DNA from: Auanema rhodensis
Taxonomy: Eukaryota > Animalia > Nematoda
DNA length: 64,000 nt
Assembly (NCBI GenBank): GCA_964057225.1
Contig: OZ059894.1
Coordinates: 4,278,001-4,342,000 of the forward strand
Direction of reading: 5' to 3'
Positions 36,501 to 51,400 of the stretch are shown here, in pieces. The notes below the pieces were generated by a model that worked only from the letters and a program-made list of their open reading frames with translations, made no database searches and was not told where the DNA came from. Each line of letters begins with the position of its first letter. Positions within the stretch are counted from its first letter, which is position 1. The translations under genes and the position numbers were made by a program.

Positions 36501-39500
36501 TGAGTGTACATGGAAACTCAACATACACTAATGAATCATTTTTCAAACGGTCATAACTAATTTTTGTATCAAGCGTTTCTTAATGTAGTATAGTGCATTC
36601 GATCCGGATTTTTAAGCTGCGTCAATCTGTGTTATCAGATTTGCGCTAGCTTAAAAATGCACCGAGATATCAACTGATATAAGTTCACACTTATATCCTC
36701 GATTTTCACCCTGAAGAATTAATTTTTTCGTTGAATAACATTGTCCATCGTCTTTGCCTTGAAAAATGGAATCTAAAAACATCTACTTTTTGCTAAATTA
36801 TTTTGAAATTTTTCGAAAAAATTTTGGTCAAAATGTTTTTGGAAGCAATGTTGAGTGTACATGGAAACTCAACATACACTAATGCATCATTTTTCAAACG
36901 ATCATAACTAATTTTTGTATCAAGCGTTTTTCAATGTAGTATAGTGCATTCGATGCGGATTTTTAAGCTGCGTCGATCTGTGTTATCAGATTTGCGCTAG
37001 CTTAAAAATGTACCGAGATATCAACTGATATAAGTTCACACTTATATCCTCGATTTTCACCCTGAAGAATTAATTTTTTCGTTGAATAACATTGTCCATC
37101 GTCTTTGCCTTGAAAAATGGAATCTAAAAACATCTACTTTTTGCTAAATTATTTTGAAATTTTTCGAAACAATTTTTGTCAAAATGTTTTTGGAAGCAAT
37201 GTTGAGTGTACATGGAAACTCAACATACACTAATGCATCATTTTTCAAACGGTCATAACTAATTTTTGTATCAAGCGTTTCTTAATGTAGTATAGTGCAT
37301 TCGATCCGGATTTTTAAGCTGCGTCAATCTGTGTTATCAGATTTGCGCTAGCTTAAAAATGCACCGAGATATCAACTGATATAAGTTCACACTTATATCC
37401 TCGATTTTCACCCTGAAGAAATAATTTTTTCGTTGAATAACATTGTCCATCGTCTTTGCCTTGAAAAAAGGAATCTAAAAACATTTAATTTTTGCTGAAT
37501 TATTTTGAAATTTTTCGAAAAAATTTTTGTCAAAATGTTTTTGGAAGCAATGTTGAGTGTACATGGAAACTCAACATACACTAATGCATCATTTTTCTAA
37601 CGATCATAACTAATTTTTGTATCAAGCGTTTCTTAATGTAGTATAGTGCATTCGATCCGGATTTTTAAGCTGCGTCGATCTGTGTTATCAGATTTGCGCT
37701 AGCTTAAAAATGCACCGAGATATCAACTGATATAAGTTCACACTTATATCCTCGATTTTCACCCTGAAGAATTAATTTTTTCGTTGAATAACATTGTCCA
37801 TCGTCTTTGCCTTGAAAAATGGAATCTAAAAACATCTACTTTTTGCTAAATTATTTTGAAATTTTTCGAAAAAATTTTTGTCAAAATGTTTTTGGAAGCA
37901 ATGTTGAGTGTACATGGAAACTCAACATACACTAATGCATCATTTTTCTAACGATCATAACTAATTTTTGTATCAAGCGTTTTTCAATGTAGTATAGTGC
38001 ATTCGATGCGGATTTTTAAGCTGCGTCGATCTGTGTTATCAGATTTGCGCTAGCTTAAAAATGCACCGAGATATCAACTGATATAAGTTCACACTTATAT
38101 CCTCGATTTTCACCCTGAAGAATTAATTTTTTCGTTGAATAACATTGTCCATCGTCTTTGCCTTGAAAAATGGAATCTTAAAACATCTACTTTTTGCTAA
38201 ATTATTTTGAAATTTTTCGAAACAATTTTTGTCAAAATGTTTTTGGAAGCAATGTTGAGTGTACATGGAAACTCAACATACACTAATGCATCATTTTTCT
38301 AACGATCATAACTAATTTTTGTATCAAGCGTTTCTTAATGTAGTATAGTGCATTCGATCCGGATTTTTAAGCTGCGTCGATCTGTGTTATCAGATTTGCG
38401 CTAGCTTAAAAATGCACCGAGATATCAACTGATATAAGTTCACACTTATATCCTCGATTTTCACCCTGAAGAATTAATTTTTTCGTTGAATAACATTGTC
38501 CATCGTCTTTGCCTTGAAAAATGGAATCTAAAAACATCTACTTTTTGCTAAATTATTTTGAAATTTTTCGAAACAATTTTTGTCAAAATGTTTTTGGAAG
38601 CAATGTTGAGTGTACATGGAAACTCAACATACACTAATGCATCATTTTTCAAACGGTCATAACTAATTTTTGTATCAAGCGTTTCTTAATGTAGTATAAT
38701 GCATTCGATCCGGATTTTTAAGCTGCGTCAATCTGTGTTATCAGATTTGCGCTAGCTTAAAAATGCACCGAGATATCAACTGATATAAGTTCACACTTAT
38801 ATCCTCGATTTTCACCCTGAAGAAATAATTTTTTCGTTGAATAACATTGTCCATCGTCTTTGCCTTGAAAAAAGGAATCTAAAAACATTTAATTTTTGCT
38901 GAATTATTTTGAAATTTTTCGAAAAAATTTTTGTCAAAATGTTTTTGGAAGCAATGTTGAGTGTACATGGAAACTCAACATACACTAATGCATCATTTTT
39001 CTAACGATCATAACTAATTTTTGTATTAAGCTTTTCTCAATGTAGTATAGTGCATTCGATGCGGATTTTTAAGCTGCGTCGATCTGTGTTATCAGATTTG
39101 CTCTAGCTTAAAAATGCACCGAGATATCAACTGATATAAGTTCACACTTATATCCTCGATTTTCACCCTGAAGAATTAATTTTTTCGTTGAATAACATTG
39201 TCCATCGTCTTTGCCTTGAAAAATGGAATCTTAAAACATCTACTTTTTGCTAAATTATTTTGAAATTTTTCGAAAAAATTTTTGTCAAAATGTTTTTGGA
39301 AGCAATGTTGAGTGTACATGGAAACTCAACATACACTAATGCATCATTTTTCAAACGATCATAACTAATTTTTGTATTAAGCGTTTTTCAATGTAGTATA
39401 GTGCATTCGATGCGGAGTTCTAAGCTGCGTCGATCTGTGTTATCAGATTTGCGCTAGCTTAAAAATGCACCGAGATATCAACTGATATAAGTTCACACTT

Positions 39501-42500
39501 ATATCCTCGATTTTCATCCTGAAGAATTAATTTTTTCGTTGAATAACATTGTCCATCGTCTTTGCCTTGAAAAAAGGAATCTAAAAACATTTAATTTTTG
39601 CTGAATTATTTTGAAATTTTTCGAAAAAATTTTTGTCAAAATGTTTTTGGAAGCAATGTTGAGTGTACATGGAAACTCAACATACACTAATGCATCATTT
39701 TTCTAACGATCATAACTAATTTTTGTATTAAGCTTTTCTCAATGTAGTATAGTGCATTCGATGCGGATTTTTAAGCTGCGTCGATCTGTGTTATCAGATT
39801 TGCTCTAGCTTAAAAATGCACCGAGATATCAACTGATATAAGTTCACACTTATATCCTCGATTTTCACCCTGAAGAATTAATTTTTTCGTTGAATAACAT
39901 TGTCCATCGTCTTTGCCTTGAAAAATGGAATCTTAAAACATCTACTTTTTGCTAAATTATTTTGAAATTTTTCGAAAAAATTTTTGTCAAAATGTTTTTG
40001 GAAGCAATGTTGAGTGTACATGGAAACTCAACATACACTAATGCATCATTTTTCAAACGATCATAACTAATTTTTGTATTAAGCGTTTTTCAATGTAGTA
40101 TAGTGCATTCGATGCGGAGTTCTAAGCTGCGTCGATCTGTGTTATCAGATTTGCGCTAGCTTAAAAATGCACCGAGATATCAACTGATATAAGTTCACAC
40201 TTATATCCTCGATTTTCATCCTGAAGAATTAATTTTTTCGTTGAATAACATTGTCCATCGTCTTTGCCTTGAAAAAAGGAATCTAAAAACATCTACTTTT
40301 TGCTAAATTATTTTGAAATTTTTCGAAAAAATTTTTGTCAAAATGTTTTTGGAAGCAATGTTGAGTGTACATGGAAACTCAACATACACTAATGCATCAT
40401 TTTTCTAACGATCATAACTAATTTTTGTATTAAGCTTTTCTCAATGTAGTATAGTGCATTCGATGCGGATTTTTAAGCTGCGTCGATCTGTGTTATCAGA
40501 TTTGCTCTAGCTTAAAAATGCACCGAGATATCAACTGATATAAGTTCACACTTATATCCTCGATTTTCACCCTGAAAAATTAATTTTTTCGTTGAATAAC
40601 ATTGTCCATCGTCTTTGCCTTGAAAAATGGAATCTTAAAACATCTACTTTTTGCTAAATTATTTTGAAATTTTTCGAAAAAATTTTTGTCAAAATGTTTT
40701 TGGAAGCAATGTTGAGTGTACATGGAAACTCAACATACACTAATGCATCATTTTTCTAACGATCATAACTAATTTTTGTATTAAGCTTTTCTCAATGTAG
40801 TATAGTGCATTCGATGCGGATTTTTAAGCTGCGTCGATCTGTGTTATCAGATTTGCTCTAGCTTAAAAATGCACCGAGATATCAACTGATATAAGTTCAC
40901 ACTTATATCCTCGATTTTCATCCTGAAGAATTAATTTTTTCGTTGAATAACATTGTCCATCGTCTTTGCCTTGAAAAATGGAATCTTAAAACATCTACTT
41001 TTTGCTAAATTATTTTGAAATTTTTCGAAACAATTTTTGTCAAAATGTTTTTGGAAGCAATGTTGAGTGTACATGGAAACTCAACATACACTAATGCATC
41101 ATTTTTCTAACGATCATAACTAATTTTTGTATTAAGCTTTTCTCAATGTAGTATAGTGCATTCGATGCGGATTTTTAAGCTGCGTCGATCTGTGTTATCA
41201 GATTTGCTCTAGCTTAAAAATGCACCGAGATATCAACTGATATAAGTTCACACTTATATCCTCGATTTTCACCCTGAAAAATTAATTTTTTCGTTGAATA
41301 ACATTGTCCATCGTCTTTGCCTTGAAAAATGGAATCTTAAAACATCTACTTTTTGCTAAATTATTTTGAAATTTTTCGAAAAAATTTTTGTCAAAATGTT
41401 TTTGGAAGCAATGTTGAGTGTACATGGAAACTCAACATACACTAATGCATCATTTTTCTAACGATCATAACTAATTTTTGTATTAAGCTTTTCTCAATGT
41501 AGTATAGTGCATTCGATGCGGATTTTTAAGCTGCGTCGATCTGTGTTATCAGATTTGCTCTAGCTTAAAAATGCACCGAGATATCAACTGATATAAGTTC
41601 ACACTTATATCCTCGATTTTCATCCTGAAGAATTAATTTTTTCGTTGAATAACATTGTCCATCGTCTTTGCCTTGAAAAATGGAATCTTAAAACATCTAC
41701 TTTTTGCTAAATTATTTTGAAATTTTTCGAAACAATTTTTGTCAAAATGTTTTTGGAAGCAATGTTGAGTGTACATGGAAACTCAACATACACTAATGCA
41801 TCATTTTTCTAACGATCATAACTAATTTTTGTATCAAGCGTTTCTTAATGTAGTATAGTGCATTCGATCCGGATTTTTAAGCTGCGTCGATCTGTGTTAT
41901 CAGATTTGCGCTAGCTTAAAAATGCACCGAGATATCAACTGATATAAGTTCACACTTATATCCTCGATTTTCACCCTGAAGAATTAATTTTTTCGTTGAA
42001 TAACATTGTCCATCGTCTTTGCCTTGAAAAATGGAATCTAAAAACATCTACTTTTTGCTAAATTATTTTGAAATTTTTCGAAACAATTTTTGTCAAAATG
42101 TTTTTGGAAGCAATGTTGAGTGTACATGGAAACTCAACATACACTAATGCATCATTTTTCAAACGGTCATAACTAATTTTTGTATCAAGCGTTTCTTAAT
42201 GTAGTATAGTGCATTCGATCCGGATTTTTAAGCTGCGTCAATCTGTGTTATCAGATTTGCGCTAGCTTAAAAATGCACCGAGATATCAACTGATATAAGT
42301 TCACACTTATATCCTCGATTTTCACCCTGAAGAAATAATTTTTTCGTTGAATAACATTGTCCATCGTCTTTGCCTTGAAAAAAGGAATCTAAAAACATTT
42401 AATTTTTGCTGAATTATTTTGAAATTTTTCGAAAAAATTTTTGTCAAAATGTTTTTGGAAGCAATGTTGAGTGTACATGGAAACTCAACATACACTAATG

Positions 42501-45500
42501 CATCATTTTTCTAACGATCATAACTAATTTTTGTATTAAGCTTTTCTCAATGTAGTATAGTGCATTCGATGCGGATTTTTAAGCTGCGTCGATCTGTGTT
42601 ATCAGATTTGCTCTAGCTTAAAAATGCACCGAGATATCAACTGATATAAGTTCACACTTATATCCTCGATTTTCACCCTGAAGAATTAATTTTTTCGTTG
42701 AATAACATTGTCCATCGTCTTTGCCTTGAAAAATGGAATCTTAAAACATCTACTTTTTGCTAAATTATTTTGAAATTTTTCGAAAAAATTTTTGTCAAAA
42801 TGTTTTTGGAAGCAATGTTGAGTGTACATGGAAACTCAACATACACTAATGCATCATTTTTCAAACGATCATAACTAATTTTTGTATTAAGCGTTTTTCA
42901 ATGTAGTATAGTGCATTCGATGCGGAGTTCTAAGCTGCGTCGATCTGTGTTATCAGATTTGCGCTAGCTTAAAAATGCACCGAGATATCAACTGATATAA
43001 GTTCACACTTATATCCTCGATTTTCATCCTGAAGAATTAATTTTTTCGTTGAATAACATTGTCCATCGTCTTTGCCTTGAAAAAAGGAATCTAAAAACAT
43101 CTACTTTTTGCTAAATTATTTTGAAATTTTTCGAAAAAATTTTTGTCAAAATGTTTTTGGAAGCAATGTTGAGTGTACATGGAAACTCAACATACACTAA
43201 TGCATCATTTTTCTAACGATCATAACTAATTTTTGTATTAAGCTTTTCTCAATGTAGTATAGTGCATTCGATGCGGATTTTTAAGCTGCGTCGATCTGTG
43301 TTATCAGATTTGCTCTAGCTTAAAAATGCACCGAGATATCAACTGATATAAGTTCACACTTATATCCTCGATTTTCACCCTGAAAAATTAATTTTTTCGT
43401 TGAATAACATTGTCCATCGTCTTTGCCTTGAAAAATGGAATCTTAAAACATCTACTTTTTGCTAAATTATTTTGAAATTTTTCGAAAAAATTTTTGTCAA
43501 AATGTTTTTGGAAGCAATGTTGAGTGTACATGGAAACTCAACATACACTAATGCATCATTTTTCTAACGATCATAACTAATTTTTGTATTAAGCTTTTCT
43601 CAATGTAGTATAGTGCATTCGATGCGGATTTTTAAGCTGCGTCGATCTGTGTTATCAGATTTGCGCTAGCTTAAAAATGCACCGAGATATCAACTGATAT
43701 AAGTTCACACTTATATCCTCGATTTTCACCCTGAAGAATTAATTTTTTCGTTGAATAACATTGTCCATCGTCTTTGCCTTGAAAAATGGAATCTAAAAAC
43801 ATCTACTTTTTGCTAAATTATTTTGAAATTTTTCGAAACAATTTTTGTCAAAATGTTTTTGGAAGCAATGTTGAGTGTACATGGAAACTCAACATACACT
43901 AATGCATCATTTTTCAAACGGTCATAACTAATTTTTGTATCAAGCGTTTCTTAATGTAGTATAGTGCATTCGATCCGGATTTTTAAGCTGCGTCAATCTG
44001 TGTTATCAGATTTGCGCTAGCTTAAAAATGCACCGAGATATCAACTGATATAAGTTCACACTTATATCCTCGATTTTCACCCTGAAGAAATAATTTTTTC
44101 GTTGAATAACATTGTCCATCGTCTTTGACTTGAAAAAAGGAATCTAAAAACATTTAATTTTTGCTGAATTATTTTGAAATTTTTCGAAAAAATTTTTGTC
44201 AAAATGTTTTTGGAAGCAATGTTGAGTGTACATGGAAACTCAACATACACTAATGCATCATTTTTCTAACGATCATAACTAATTTTTGTATTAAGCTTTT
44301 CTCAATGTAGTATAGTGCATTCGATGCGGATTTTTAAGCTGCGTCGATCTGTGTTATCAGATTTGCGCTAGCTTAAAAATGCACCGAGATATCAACTGAT
44401 ATAAGTTCACACTTATATCCTCGATTTTCACCCTGAAGAAATAATTTTTTCGTTGAATAACATTGTCCATCGTCTTTGCCTTGAAAAAAGGAATCTAAAA
44501 ACATCTACTTTTTGCTAAATTATTTTGAAATTTTTCGAAAAAATTTTTGTCAAAATGTTTTTGGAAGCAATGTTGAGTGTACATGGAAACTCAACATACA
44601 CTAATGCATCATTTTTCAAACGATCATAACTAATTTTTGTATTAAGCGTTTTTCAATGTAGTATAGTGCATTCGATGCGGATTTTTAAGCTGCGTCGATC
44701 TGTGTTATCAGATTTGCGCTAGCTTAAAAATGCACCGAGATATCAACTGATATAAGTTCACACTTATATTCTCGATTTTCACCCTGAAGAAATAATTTTT
44801 TCGTTGAATAACATTGTCCATCGTCTTCGCCTTGAAAAAAGGAATCTAAAAACATCTACTTTTTGCTAAATTATTTTGAAATTTTCCGAAAAAATTTTTG
44901 TCAAAATGTTTTTGGAAGCAATGTTGAGTGTACATGGAAACTCAACATACACTAATGCATCATTTTTCAAACGATCATAACTAATTTTTGTATCAAGCGT
45001 TTTTCAATGTAGTATAGTGCATTCGATGCGGATTTTTAAGCTGCGTCGATCTGTGTTATCAGATTTGCGCTAGCTTAAAAATGCACCGAGATATCAACTG
45101 ATATAAGTTCACACTTATATCCTCGATTTTCACCCTGAAGAATTAATTTTTTCGTTGAATAACATTGTCCATCGTCTTTGCCTTGAAAAATGGAATCTTA
45201 AAACATCTACTTTTTGCTAAATTATTTTGAAATTTTTCGAAAAAATTTTTGTCAAAATGTTTTTGGAAGCAATGTTGAGTGTACATGGAAACTCAACATA
45301 CACTAATGCATCATTTTTCAAACGATCATAACTAATTTTTGTATTAAGCGTTTTTCAATGTAGTATAGTGCATTCGATGCGGATTTTCAAGCTGCGTCGA
45401 TCTGTGTTATCAGATTTGCGCTAGCTTAAAAATGCACCGAGATATCAACTGATATAAGTTCACACTTATATCCTCGATTTTCATCCTGAAGAATTAATTT

Positions 45501-48437
45501 TTTCGTTGAATAACATTGTCCATCGTCTTTGCCTTGAAAAATCGAATCTAAAAACATCTACTTTCCGCTAAATTATTTTGAAATTTTTCGAAAAAATTTT
45601 TGTCAAAATGTTTTTGGAAGCAATGTTGAGTGTACATGGAAACTCAACATACACTAATGCATCATTTTTCTAACGATCATAACTAATTTTTGTATTAAAC
45701 TTTTCTCAATGTAGTATAGTGCATTCGATGCGGATTTTTAAGCTGCGTCGATCTGTGTTATCAGATTTGCTCTAGCTTAAAAATGCACCGAGATATCAAC
45801 TGATATAAGTTCACACTTATATCCTCGATTTTCACCCTGAAGAATTAATTTTTTCGTTGAATAACATTGTCCATCGTCTTTGCCTTGAAAAATGGAATCT
45901 TAAAACATCTACTTTTTGCTAAATTATTTTGAAATTTTTCGAAAAAATTTTTGTCAAAATGTTTTTGGAAGCAATGTTGAGTGTACATGGAAACTCAACA
46001 TACACTAATGCATCATTTTTCAAACGATCATAACTAATTTTTGTATTAAGCGTTTTTCAATGTAGTATAGTGCATTCGATGCGGATTTCTAAGCTGCGTC
46101 GATCTGTGTTATCAGATTTGCGCTAGCTTAAAAATGCACCGAGATATCAACTGATATAAGTTCACACTTATATCCTCGATTTTCATCCTGAAGAATTAAT
46201 TTTTTCGTTGAATAACATTGTCCATCGTCTTTGCCTTGAAAAATCGAATCTAAAAACATCTACTTTCCGCTAAATTATTTTGAAATTTTTCGAAAACATT
46301 TTTGTCAAAATGTTTTTGGAAGCAATGTTGAGTGTACATGGAAACTCAACATACACTAATGCATCATTTTTCAAACGATCATAACTAATTTTTGTATTAA
46401 GCGTTTTTCAATGTAGTATAGTGCATTCGATGCGGATTTTCAAGCTGCGTCGATCTGTGTTATCAGATTTGCGCTAGCTTAAAAATGCACCGAGATATCA
46501 ACTGATATAAGTTCACACTTATATCCTCGATTTTCACCCTGAAGAATTAACTTTTTCGTTGAATAACATTGTCCATCGTCTTTGCCTTGAAAAATGGAAT
46601 CTAAAAACATCTACTTTTTGCTAAATTATTTTGAAATTTTTCGAAAAAATTTTGGTCAAAATGTTTTTGGAAGCAATGTTGAGTGTACATGGAAACTCAA
46701 CATACACTAATGCATCATTTTTCAAACGATCATAACTAATTTTTGTATCAAGCGTTTTTCAATGTAGTATAGTGCATTCGATGCGGATTTTTAAGCTGCG
46801 TCGATCTGTGTTATCAGATTTGCGCTAGCTTAAAAATGCACCGAGATATCAACTGATATAAGTTCACACTTATATCCTCGATTTTCACCCTGAAGAATTA
46901 ATTTTTTCGTTGAATAACATTGTCCATCGTCTTTGCCTTGAAAAATGGAATCTAAAAACATCTACTTTTTGCTAAATTATTTTGAAATTTTTCGAAAAAA
47001 TTTTTGTCAAAATGTTTTTGGAAGCAATGTTGAGTGTACATGGAAACTCAACATACACTAATGCATCATTTTTCAAACGATCATAACTAATTTTTGTATC
47101 AAGCGTTTCTTAATGTAGTATAGTGCATTCGATCCGGATTTTTAAGCTGCGTCAATCTGTGTTATCAGATTTGCGCTAGCTTAAAAATGCACCGAGATAT
47201 CAACTGATATAAGTTCACACTTATATCCTCGATTTTCACCCTGAAGAAATAATTTTTTCGTTGAATAAAATTGTCCATCGTCTTTGCCTTGAAAAAAGGA
47301 ATCTAAAAACATTTAATTTTTGCTGAATTATTTTGAAATTTTTCGAAAAAATTTTTGTCAAAATGTTTTTGGAAGCAATGTTGAGTGTACATGGAAACTC
47401 AACATACACTAATGCATCATTTTTCTAACGATCATAACTAATTTTTGTATTAAGCTTTTCTCAATGTAGTATAGTGCATTCGATGCGGATTTTTAAGCTG
47501 CGTCGATCTGTGTTATCAGATTTGCTCTAGCTTAAAAATGCACCGAGATATCAACTGATATAAGTTCACACTTATATCCTCGATTTTCACCCTGAAGAAT
47601 TAATTTTTTCGTTGAATAACATTGTCCATCGTCTTTGCCTTGAAAAATGGAATCTTAAAACATCTACTTTTTGCTAAATTATTTTGAAATTTTTCGAAAA
47701 AATTTTTGTCAAAATGTTTTTGGAAGCAATGTTGAGTGTACATGGAAACTCAACATACACTAATGCATCATTTTTCTAACGATCATAACTAATTTTTGTA
47801 TTAAGCTTTTCTCAATGTAGTATAGTGCATTCGATGCGGATTTTTAAGCTGCGTCGATCTGTGTTATCAGATTTGCGCTAGCTTAAAAATGCACCGAGAT
47901 ATCAACTGATATAAGTTCACACTTATATCCTCGATTTTCACCCTGAAGAATTAATTTTTTCGTTGAATAACATTGTCCATCGTCTTTGCCTTGAAAAATG
48001 GAATCTAAAAACATCTACTTTTTGCTAAATTATTTTGAAATTTTTCGAAACAATTTTTGTCAAAATGTTTTTGGAAGCAATGTTGAGTGTACATGGAAAC
48101 TCAACATACACTAATGCATCATTTTTCAAACGGTCATAACTAATTTTTGTATCAAGCGTTTCTTAATGTAGTATAGTGCATTCGATCCGGATTTTTAAGC
48201 TGCGTCAATCTGTGTTATCAGATTTGCGCTAGCTTAAAAATGCACCGAGATATCAACTGATATAAGTTCACACTTATATCCTCGATTTTCACCCTGAAGA
48301 AATAATTTTTTCGTTGAATAACATTGTCCATCGTCTTTGCCTTGAAAAAAGGAATCTAAAAACATTTAATTTTTGCTGAATTATTTTGAAATTTTTCGAA
48401 AAAATTTTTGTCAAAATGTTTTTGGAAGCAATGTTGA

Positions 48438-51400
48438 GTGTACATGGAAACTCAACATACACTAATGCATCATTTTTCTAACGATCATAACTAATTTTTG
48501 TATTAAGCTTTTCTCAATGTAGTATAGTGCATTCGATGCGGATTTTTAAGCTGCGTCGAGCTGTGTTATCAGATTTGCGCTAGCTTAAAAATGCACCGAG
48601 ATATCAACTGATATAAGTTCACACTTATATCCTCGATTTTCACCCTGAAGAAATAATTTTTTCGTTGAATAACATTGTCCATCGTCTTTGCCTTGAAAAA
48701 AGGAATCTAAAAACATCTACTTTTTGCTAAATTATTTTGAAATTTTTCGAAAAAATTTTTGTCAAAATGTTTTTGGAAGCAATGTTGAGTGTACATGGAA
48801 ACTCAACATACACTAATGCATCATTTTTCAAACGATCATAACTAATTTTTGTATTAAGCGTTTTTCAATGTAGTATAGTGCATTCGATGCGGATTTTTAA
48901 GCTGCGTCGATCTGTGTTATCAGATTTGCGCTAGCTTAAAAATGCACCGAGATATCAACTGATATAAGTTCACACTTATATTCTCGATTTTCACCCTGAA
49001 GAAATAATTTTTTCTTTGAATAACATTGTCCATCGTCTTCGCCTTGAAAAAAGGAATCTAAAAACATCTACTTTTTGCTAAATTATTTTGAAATTTTCCG
49101 AAAAAATTTTTGTCAAAATGTTTTTGGAAGCAATGTTGAGTGTACATGGAAACTCAACATACACTAATGCATCATTTTTCAAACGATCATAACTAATTTT
49201 TGTATCAAGCGTTTTTCAATGTAGTATAGTGCATTCGATGCGGATTTTTAAGCTGCGTCGATCTGTGTTATCAGATTTGCGCTAGCTTAAAAATGCACCG
49301 AGATATCAACTGATATAAGTTCACACTTATATCCTCGATTTTCACCCTGAAGAATTAATTTTTTCGTTGAATAACATTGTCCATCGTCTTTGCCTTGAAA
49401 AATGGAATCTTAAAACATCTACTTTTTGCTAAATTATTTTGAAATTTTTCGAAAAAATTTTTGTCAAAATGTTTTTGGAAGCAATGTTGAGTGTACATGG
49501 AAACTCAACATACACTAATGCATCATTTTTCAAACGATCATAACTAATTTTTGTATTAAGCGTTTTTCAATGTAGTATAGTGCATTCGATGCGGATTTCT
49601 AAGCTGCGTCGATCTGTGTTATCAGATTTGCGCTAGCTTAAAAATGCACCGAGATATCAACTGATATAAGTTCACACTTATATCCTCGATTTTCATCCTG
49701 AAGAATTAATTTTTTCGTTGAATAACATTGTCCATCGTCTTTGCCTTGAAAAATCGAATCTAAAAACATCTACTTTTCGCTAAATTATTTTGAAATTTTT
49801 CGAAAAAATTTTTGTCAAAATGTTTTTGGAAGCAATGTTGAGTGTACATGGAAACTCAACATACACTAATGCATCATTTTTCAAACGATCATAACTAATT
49901 TTTGTATTAAGCGTTTTTCAATGTAGTATAGTGCATTCGATGCGGATTTTCAAGCTGCGTCGATCTGTGTTATCAGATTTGCGCTAGCTTAAAAATTCAC
50001 CGAGATATCAACTGATATAAGTTCACACTTATATCCTCGATTTTCATCCTGAAGAATTAATTTTTTCGTTGAATAACATTGTCCATCGTCTTTGCCTTGA
50101 AAAATCGAATCTAAAAACATCTACTTTCCGCTAAATTATTTTGAAATTTTTCGAAAAAATTTTTGTCAAAATGTTTTTGGAAGCAATGTTGAGTGTACAT
50201 GGAAACTCAACATACACTAATGCATCATTTTTCAAACGATCATAACTAATTTTTGTATTAAGCGTTTTTCAATGTAGTATAGTGCATTCGATGCGGATTT
50301 TTAAGCTGCGTCGATCTGTGTTATCAGATTTGCGCTAGCTTAAAAATGCACCGAGATATCAACTGATATAAGTTCACACTTATATTCTCGATTTTCACCC
50401 TGAAGAAATAATTTTTTCTTTGAATAACATTGTCCATCGTCTTCGCCTTGAAAAAAGGAATCTAAAAACATCTACTTTTTGCTAAATTATTTTGAAATTT
50501 TCCGAAAAAATTTTTGTCAAAATGTTTTTGGAAGCAATGTTGAGTGTACATGGAAACTCAACATACACTAATGCATCATTTTTCAAACGATCATAACTAA
50601 TTTTTGTATCAAGCGTTTTTCAATGTAGTATAGTGCATTCGATGCGGATTTTTAAGCTGCGTCGATCTGTGTTATCAGATTTGCGCTAGCTTAAAAATGC
50701 ACCGAGATATCAACTGATATAAGTTCACACTTATATCCTCGATTTTCACCCTGAAGAATTAATTTTTTCGTTGAATAACATTGTCCATCGTCTTTGCCTT
50801 GAAAAATGGAATCTTAAAACATCTACTTTTTGCTAAATTATTTTGAAATTTTTCGAAAAAATTTTTGTCAAAATGTTTTTGGAAGCAATGTTGAGTGTAC
50901 ATGGAAACTCAACATACACTAATGCATCATTTTTCTAACGATCATAACTAATTTTTGTATTAAGCTTTTCTCAATGTAGTATAGTGCATTCGATGCGGAT
51001 TTTTAAGCTGCGTCGAGCTGTGTTATCAGATTTGCGCTAGCTTAAAAATGCACCGAGATATCAACTGATATAAGTTCACACTTATATCCTCGATTTTCAC
51101 CCTGAAGAAATAATTTTTTCGTTGAATAACATTGTCCATCGTCTTTGCCTTGAAAAAAGGAATCTAAAAACATCTACTTTTTGCTAAATTATTTTGAAAT
51201 TTTTCGAAAAAATTTTTGTCAAAATGTTTTTGGAAGCAATGTTGAGTGTACATGGAAACTCAACATACACTAATGCATCATTTTTCAAACGATCATAACT
51301 AATTTTTGTATTAAGCGTTTTTCAATGTAGTATAGTGCATTCGATGCGGATTTTTAAGCTGCGTCGATCTGTGTTATCAGATTTGCGCTAGCTTAAAAAT

